Origin: the human T2T-CHM13v2.0 reference genome, Homo sapiens
Strand: one strand, 5' to 3'
DNA: 64,000 nt
Assembly: GCF_009914755.1 (NCBI RefSeq)
Contig: NC_060933.1
Shown: positions 56,001 to 64,000 of the stretch, piece after piece
Numbering within the stretch: position 1 is the first letter of the stretch
Layout: each line of letters starts with the position of its first letter
Program-made: the position numbers and the translations under genes
Notes under the pieces: generated by a model
Database searches by the model: none
Told to the model about the DNA's origin: nothing
Seen by the model: the letters and a program-made list of their open reading frames with translations, nothing else

Positions 56001-59000
56001 GAATGGAATGGAACGAAATGGAATGGAATGGAATGGAATGGAATGGAATGGAATGGAATGAACCCGTGTGCAATGGAATGGAATGGAATGGAATGGAATG
56101 GAATGGAATGAAATGGGTTCAACCAGAATGGAATGGAAAGGAATGGAATCAACCCGAGTGGAATGGCATGGAATGGAATGGAATGGAATGGAATGAAACG
56201 GAATGGAAGGGAATGGATTGAAATGGAATGGAATGGAATGGAATCAACCCGAGTGCAATGTAATGGAATTGAATGGAATGGAATGGAATGGAATGGAATG
56301 AATTCAACCCGAATGGAATGGAAAGGAATGGAATAAACCCGAGTGGAATGGCATGGAATGGAGTGGAATGGAATGGAATGGAATACTACGGAAGAGAATG
56401 GAATGGAACGAAATGGAATGGAATGGAATGGAATGGAATGGAATGGAATGGAATGGGTTCAACTCGAATGGAATGGAAAGGAATGGAATCAACCCGAGTG
56501 GAATGGCATGGAATGGAATGGAATGGAATGGAATGGAATTGAATGGAATGGAATGGAATGGTACGGAATAGAATGGAATGGAACGAAATGGAATGGAATG
56601 GAATGGAATGGAATGGAATGGAATGGAATGGAATGGAATGGAACGGAATCAACCCGAGTGCAGGGGAATGGAATGGAATGGAAGGAAATGGAAGGGAATC
56701 ATCAGGAATTGAATGGAATGGAATGGAATGGAATGGAATGGAATGGAATGGAATGAACTCGATTGAAATGGAATGGAATGGAATGGAATGGAATGGAATG
56801 GAATGGAATGGAATTAACCCTAAAAGAATGGAATGGAATGGAATGGAATGGAATGGAATGGAATGGAATGGAATGGAATTAACCTGAATAGAATGGAATG
56901 CATTGGAACGGAATGGAATGGAATGGAATGGAATGGAATGGAATGGAATGGAATGGAATGGAATGGAATCAACTCGATTTCAATGGAATGGAATGGAAAG
57001 GAATGGAATGGAATGAAAGGGAATGGAATGGAATGAAATGGAATGGAATGGAATGGAATGAAATTAACCCGAATAGAATGGAATGGAATGGCATGGAATG
57101 GAATGGAATGGAATGGAATGGAATGGAATGGAATGGAATAGAATGGAATCCACCCGAGTGCAGGGGAATGGAATGGAATGGAATGCAATGGAATGGAATC
57201 ATACGGAAAGGAATGGAATGGAATGGAATGGAATGGATTCAACCCGAATGGAATGGAAAGGAATGGAATCAACCCGAGTGGAATGGCATGGAATGGAATG
57301 GAATGGAACGGAATGGAATGTTAAGGAATAGAAAGAATGGAACGAAATGGAATGGAATGGAATGAAATGGAATGGAATGGAATGGAATCAACCTGACTGC
57401 AATGGAATGGAGTGGAATGGAATGTAATGGAATGGAAACAGCCCGAATGGAATGGAATGTAATGGAGTGTAAGGGAATTTAGTACAATCAGTACGAATGT
57501 AATGGAATGGAATGGAACGGAATGGAATGGAATGGAAAGGAATGGAATCAACACGAGTGCAGGGGAATGGAATGGAAGGGAATACAATGGAATGGAATCA
57601 TCCTGAATGGAATGGAATGCAATGGAATGGAATCAATCAACCCGAGTGCAATAGAATGCAGAGGAATGGAATGGAATGGAATGGAAAGTACCCGAATGGA
57701 ATGGAATGTAATTGAGTGTAAGGGAATTAAAAAGAATCAATCCGAATGTAATGGAATTGAACGGAAAGGAATGGAATGGAATGGAACGGAATGGAATGGA
57801 ATGGAATGAAATGGAATGGCATGGAATGGAATGGAATCAACCCGAGTTCAATGGAATGGAATGGAATGGAATGGAATGGATTCAACCGGAATGGAATGGA
57901 AAGGAATGGAATAAACCCGAGTGAAATGACATGGAAGGGAATGGAATGGAATGGAATGGTAAGGAATAGAATGGAATGGAACGAAATGGAATGGAATGGA
58001 ATGGAATGGAATGGATTGGAATGGAATGAACCCGTGTGCAATGGAATGGAATGGAATGGAATGGAATGGAATAGAATGGAATGGGTTCAACTGGAATGGA
58101 ATGGAAAGGAATGGAATCAACCCGAGTGGAATGGCATGGAATGGAATGGAATGGAAGGGAATGGAATGGAAGGGAATGGAATGAAATGGAATGGAATGGA
58201 ATGGAATCAACCCGAGTGCAATGGAATGGAATGGAATGGAATGGAATGGAATGAATTCAACCCGAATGGAATGGAAAGGAATGGAATAAACCCGAGTGGA
58301 ATGGCATGGAATGAAGTGGAATGGAATGGAATGGAATGGTACGGAAGAGAATGGAATGGAAAGAAATGGAATGAAATGGAATAGAATGGAATGGAATGGA
58401 ATGGAATGCAATGAATCCGTGAGCAATGGAATGGAATGGAATGGAATGGAATCGAATGGAATGGATTCTACTCGAATGGAATGGAAAGTAATGGAATCAA
58501 CCCGTGTGGAATGGCATGGAATGGAATGGAATGGAATGGAAAGGAATGGAATCAACCCGAGTGCAGAGGAATGGAATGGAATGGAAGGCAATGGATTGGA
58601 ATGAAATGGAATGGCATGGAATGGAATGGAATCAACCCGAGTTCAATGGAATTGAATGGAATGGAATGGAATAGAATGGAATGGAATCAACTCGATTGCA
58701 ATGGAATGGAATGGAATGGAATGGAATGGAATGGAATGGAATTAACCCTAATAGAATGGAATGGAATGGAATAGAATGGAATGGAATGGAAGGGAATGGA
58801 ATGGAATGGAATGGATTTAACCAGAATAGAATGGAATGGAATGGAATTGAATGGAATGGAATGGAATGGAATCAACTCGATTTCAATGGAATGGAATGGA
58901 ATGGAATGGAATGGAATGGAATGGAATGGAATGGAATAGAATGGAATCCACCCGAGTGCAGGGGAATGGAATGGAATAGAATGCAATGGAATGGAATCAT

Positions 59001-62000
59001 ACGGAATGGAAAGGAATGGAATGGAATTTAATGGAATGGAATGGAATGGAAACAAACCGAATGGAATGGAATGTGATGGATTGTAAGGGAATTGAATAGA
59101 ATCAATCCGAATGTAATGGAATTGAATGGAACGGAATGGAATGTAATGGAATGGAATGGAATGGAATGGAATGCAAAGGAATGGGATCAACCCGAGTGCA
59201 ATGGAATGGAATCGAAAGGAATGGAATGGCATGGAAAGGCTTCACCCCGAATGGAATGGAAAGGAATGGAATCAACCCGAGTGGAATGGAATGCAATGGA
59301 ATGGAATGGAATGGAATGGAATGCAATGGAATGGAACGGAATGGAATCAACCCGATTGCAATGAAATGGAATGGAATGGAATGGAATGGAATGGAATTAA
59401 CCCGAATAGAATGGAATGGAATGGAATGGAATGGTATGGAATGGAAGGGAACGGAATGGAATGGAATGGAATGGAATGGAATGGAATCAACCCGGGTGCA
59501 GGGGAATGCAATTGAATGGAAGGCAATGGAATGCAATCATCCGGAATGGAATGGAATAGAATGGAATGGAATGGTTTCAACCCGAATGGAATGGAATGGA
59601 AAGGAATCAACCCGAGTGGAATGGCATGGAATGGAATGGAATGGAATGGAATGGAATGGAATGGAATGGTATGGAATAGAATGGAATGGAACGAAATGGA
59701 ATGGAAAGGAATGGAATGGAATGGAATGGAATCAACCCGACTGCAATGGAATGGAGTGGAAAGGAATTGAATGGAATGGAAACAACCCGAATGGAATGGA
59801 ATGTAATGGAGTGTAAGGGAATTGAATACAATCAATACGAATGTAATGGAATGGAATGGAACGGAATGGAATGGAATGGAATGGAATGGAATGGAATGGA
59901 ATGGATTCAACCCAAATGGAATGGAAAGCAATGGAATCAACCCGAGTGGAATGGCATGGAACGGAATGGAATGGAATGGTATGGAATAGAATGGAATGGA
60001 AAGAAATGGAATGGAATGGAATGGAATGGAACGGAATGGAATGGAAAGGAATGGAATGGAATGGAATGGAATAGAATGGAATGGAACGAAATGGAATGGA
60101 ATGGAACGGAATGGAATGGAATCAATCCAAGTGGATTAGAAGGGAATGCAATCGAGTAGAATGGAAAGGAATGGAATCAACCAGAGTGGAATGGAAGGGA
60201 ATGGAATGGAATGGAAACTAATAAAATGGAATCAACACGAGTGGAATGGAATGGAAAGGACTTGAATGGAATGGAATGGAATGGAATGGAATCAACTCGA
60301 TTGCAATGGAATGTAATGGAATGGAATTGAATGGAATTAATGCGAATAAAGTGGATTGGAATGGAATGGAACGGAATGGAATGGAATGGAATGGAATGGA
60401 ATCAAACTGAGTGCAGGGGAATGGAATGGAATGGAATGGAATAGAATGGAATGGAATGGAAGGGAATGGAATGGAATGGAATTAACCTGAACAGAATGGA
60501 ATGGAATGGAATGGAACGGAATGGAATGGAATGGAATGGAATGGAATCCACCCGAGTTCAGGGGAATGGAATGGAATGGAATGCAATGGAATGGAATCAA
60601 TCAACCCGAGTGCAATAGAATGCAGTGGAATGGAATGGAATGGAATGGAAAGTACCCGAATGGAATGGAATGTAATGGAGTGTAAGGGAATTAAAAAGAA
60701 TCAATACGAATGTAATTGAATGGAATGGAACGGAATAGAATGGAATGGAATGGAATGGAATGGAATGAAATGGAATGGCATGGAATGGAATGGAATCAAC
60801 CCGAGTGCAATGGAATGGAATTGAATGGAATGGAAGGGAATGGAATGGATTGAACCCGAATGCAATGGAAAGGAATGGAATAAACCCGAGTGGAATGGCA
60901 TGGAATGGAATGGAATGGAATGGAATGGAATGGTACGGAATAGAATGGAAAAGAACGAAATGGAATGGAATGGAATGGAATGGAATGAACCCGTGTGCAA
61001 TGGAATGGAATGGAATGGAATGCAATGGAATGGAATGGGTTCAACTCGAAAGGAATGGAAAGGAATGGAATCAACCCGAGTGGAATGGCATGGAATGGAA
61101 TGGAATGGAATGGTATGGAATGGAATGGAATGGAATGGAATGGAATGGAATGGAATGGAATGGATTGGAATCAACCCGAGTGTAATGTAATGGAATCGAA
61201 TGGAATGGAATGGAATGGAATGGATTCAACCCAAATGGAATTGAAAGGAATGGAATCAACCTGAGTGGAATGGCATGGAATGGACTGGAATGGAATGGAA
61301 TGGTACGGAATAGAATGGAATGGAACGAAATGGAATGGAATGGAATGGAATGGAATGGAATGGAATGGAATGAACCCGTGTGCAATGGAATGGAATCGAA
61401 TGGAATGGAATGGAATGGAAAGGATACAACTCGAATGGAATGGAAAGGAATGAAATCAACCCGAGTGGAATGGCATGGACTGGAATGGAATGGAATGGAA
61501 TGGAATGGAATGGAATGGTGCGGATTAGAATCGAATGGAATGAAATGGAATGGAATGGAATGGAATGGAATGGAATGGAAACAACCCGAGTGCATGGTAA
61601 TGGAATGGAATGAAAGGCAATGGAATGGAATCATCCGGAATGGAATGGAATGGAATGGAATGGAATGGAATGGAATCAACTCGATTGCAATGGAATGGAA
61701 TGGAATGGAATGGAATGGAATGGAATGGAATGGAATGGAATTAACCCGAATAGAATCGAAGGGAATGGAATGTAATGGAATGGAATGGAATGGAAGGGAA
61801 TGGAATGTAATGGAATGGAATGGAATTAACCCGAATAGAATGGAATGGAACGGAAAGGAAGGGAATGGAATGGAATGTAATCAACTCGAGTGCAGGGGAA
61901 AGCAATGCAATGGAATGAAATGGAATGGAGTCATACGGAATGGAAGGGAATGGAATGGAATCAACCAGAGTGCAATGGAATGGAGTGGCATGGAATGGAA

Positions 62001-64000
62001 TAGAATGGAAACAACACGAATGGAATAGAATGTATTGGAGTATAAGGGAATTGAATAGAATCAATCCGAATGTAATTGAATGGAACGGAAAGGAATGGAA
62101 TGGAATGGAACGGAATGGAATGGAATGGAATGGAATTAAATGGAATGGCATGGAATGGAATGGAATCAACCCGAGTTCAATGGAATGGAATGGAATGGAA
62201 TGGAATGGAATGGAATGGAATCAACTCGATTGCAATGGAATGGAATGGAATGGAATGGAATGGAATGGAATGGAATTAACCCTACTAGAATGGAATGGAA
62301 TGGAATGGAATGGAATGGAATGGAATGGAATGGAATGGAATGGAATTAACCCTACTAGAATGGAATGGAATGGAATGGAATGGAATAGAATGGAATGGAA
62401 GGGAATGGAACGGAATGGAATGGAATGGAATTAACCCAAATAGAATGGAATGGAATGGAATGGAATGGAATGGAATGGAATGGGATCAACCCGAGTGAAA
62501 TGGAATGGAATCGAAAGGAATGGAATGGAATGGAATGGTTTCAACCCGAATGGAATGGAAAGGAATGGAATCAACCCGAGTGGAATGGAATGGAATGGAA
62601 TGGAATGGAATGGGTTCAACTCGAATGGAATGGAAAGGAATGGAATTAACCCGAGTGGAATGGCATGGAATGGAATGGAATGGAATGGAATGGAAGGTTA
62701 TGGAATGGAATGGAATTAACCTGAACAGAATGGAAGGGAATGGAATGGAACGGAACGGAATGGAATGGAATGGAATGGAATGGAATGGAATGCAATGGAA
62801 TAGGATCAACCCGAGTACAGGGGAATGGAATGCAATTCAATGCATTGGAATGGAATCATCCGGAATGGAATGGAATGGAATGGAATGCAATGGAATGGAA
62901 TCAATCAACCCGAGTGCAATAGAATGCAGTGGAATGGAATGGAATGGTATGGAAACTACCCGAATGGAATAGAATGTAATGGAGTGTAAGGGAATTAAAA
63001 AGAATCAATCCGAATGTAATGGAATTGAATGGAACGGAATGGAATGGAATGGAATGGAATGGAATGGAATTAACCCGAATAGAATGGAATGGAATGGAAT
63101 GGAATGGAATGGAATGGAAGTAAATGGAATGGAATGGAATGAACCCGAGTGCAGGGGAATGGAATGGAATGGAATGCAATGGAATGGAGTCATCCAGAAT
63201 GGAACAGAAAGGAATGGAATGGAATCAACCCGTGTGCAATGGAATGGAAAGGAATGGAATGGAATGGAATGGAATGGAATGGAATGGATTCAACCCGAAT
63301 GGAATGGAAAGGAAGGGAATTATCCCAAGTGGAATGGCATGGAATGGAATGGAATGGAATGGAAGGGAATGGAATGGAATGGAATGGTACCGAATAGAAT
63401 GGAATGGAACGAAATGGAATAGAATGGAATGGAATGGAATGGAATCAACCCGAGTGCAATGGAATGGAGTGGAATGGAATGGAATGACATGGAAACAACC
63501 CGAATGGAATGGAATGAAATGGAGTGTAAGGGAATTGAATACAATCAATCCGAATGTAATGGAATGGAATGGAACGGAATGGAATGGAATGGAATGGAAT
63601 GCAGTGGAATGGAATCAAACCTAGTGCAATGGAATGGAATAGAATGGAATGGAATGGAATGGAATGGATTCAACCCAAATGGAATGGAAAGCAATGGAAT
63701 CAACCCGAGTGGAATGGCATGGAATGGAATGGAATGGAATGGAATGGAATGGAATGGAATGGTACGGAATAGAATGGAATGGAACGAAATGGAATGGAAT
63801 GGAATGGAATGGAACGGAATGGAATGGAATCAACTCGATTGCAATGGAATGCAATGGAATGGAATGGAATGCAATTAACGCGAATAGAATGGAATGGAAT
63901 GGAATGGAACGGAATGGAATGGAATGGAATGGAATGGAATCGAATGGAATCAACCTGAGTGCAGGGGAATGGAATGGAATGGAATGCAATGGAATGTAAT
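47027..64000 (-). repeat. Inverted HSat3 block (GGAAT on +, CATTC on -), more diverged and less regular
   Basis: + strand reads gaatg/ggaat with CAACCCGAGT motifs from 47,027 to the window end. Landmark CAATCAACCCGAGTGCAATAGAATGCAG recurs at irregular spacing (55661, 57634, 60598, 62902). Confidence 0.96.
50050..52500 (-). repeat. Recent ~1.22-1.27-kb tandem duplication in the inverted arm
   Basis: TTCAAGTCGAAT at 50991/52265, TAGAACGGAATGAAACGAA at 51092/52366 and GCAATCATCCGGAATTG at 51198/52472 (offset 1274). AAGCAATAGAATC at 50231/51446. Confidence 0.85.

Larger units (their letters stand above)
1..64000. repeat. Satellite III (HSat3) pericentromeric/heterochromatic array
   Basis: Uninterrupted (CATTC)n/(GAATG)n with interspersed A(C/T)TCGGGTTG-type decamers (e.g. 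ACTCGGGTTG at 640), the established satellite III signature. It lacks the dense CATTCGATTC 23-26-bp units of HSat2. The motif set plus an internal inversion is compatible with the chr9q12-type array, but chromosome and species assignment is inference only. Confidence 0.97.

Noticed and set aside
77-63999. Hundreds of ORFs up to 432 aa (MEWNG / FHSIP repeats)
   Set aside because: A pure CATTC/GAATG repeat has no stop codon in any frame and supplies ATG every 5 bp on one strand. The products are low-complexity 5-aa repeats in all frames with no domain or gene structure.
1-64000. Assignment to HSat2, alpha satellite, Y-chromosome DYZ1 (~3.6 kb) or D15Z1 (~1.8 kb)
   Set aside because: There are no HSat2 units or 171-bp monomers, and the observed periods (~6.1, ~4.2, ~5.0, ~1.27 kb) do not match those repeats. 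The exact subfamily and chromosome need k-mer classification that I cannot run.
47027-64000. Canonical G-quadruplex array on the G-rich strand
   Set aside because: G-runs are almost all GG, with only isolated GGG/GGGG. I saw no cluster of four G3 tracts.

Overview
The whole 64-kb window is primate (human-type) classical satellite III (HSat3): (CATTC)n/(GAATG)n pentamer arrays punctuated by 10-bp-scale motifs such as the diagnostic A(C/T)TCGGGTTG (reverse complement CAACCCGA(G/A)T). I see no genes, RNA genes, transposons or unique sequence. Every listed ORF is a periodicity artefact (3 pentamers = 15 nt = MEWNG/FHSIP). The structure visible by eye is: (i) a ~6.05-6.6-kb higher-order repeat ('A'), three full copies plus one truncated copy at 0.1-23.5 kb; (ii) a more degenerate ~17.4-kb block ('B', ~4.2-kb sub-period) at 23.5-40.9 kb; (iii) a fifth, truncated A copy entered through the same junction as the window start, implying a ~40.8-kb super-repeat; (iv) a 1.55-kb shuffled segment built from inverted pieces of the right-hand sequence; (v) a sharp strand inversion at 47,023-47,026 that forms an in-register fold-back; and (vi) a 17-kb diverged GGAAT-strand arm. 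A recurrent variant, aTTCcgGAAgaTTCc, is a perfect three-pentamer heat-shock element. I counted 19 by eye, all left of 41 kb. I found no protein-coding system. The best candidates for new biology are structural and regulatory. All coordinates and counts come from manual landmark matching and should be confirmed with a self dot-plot.
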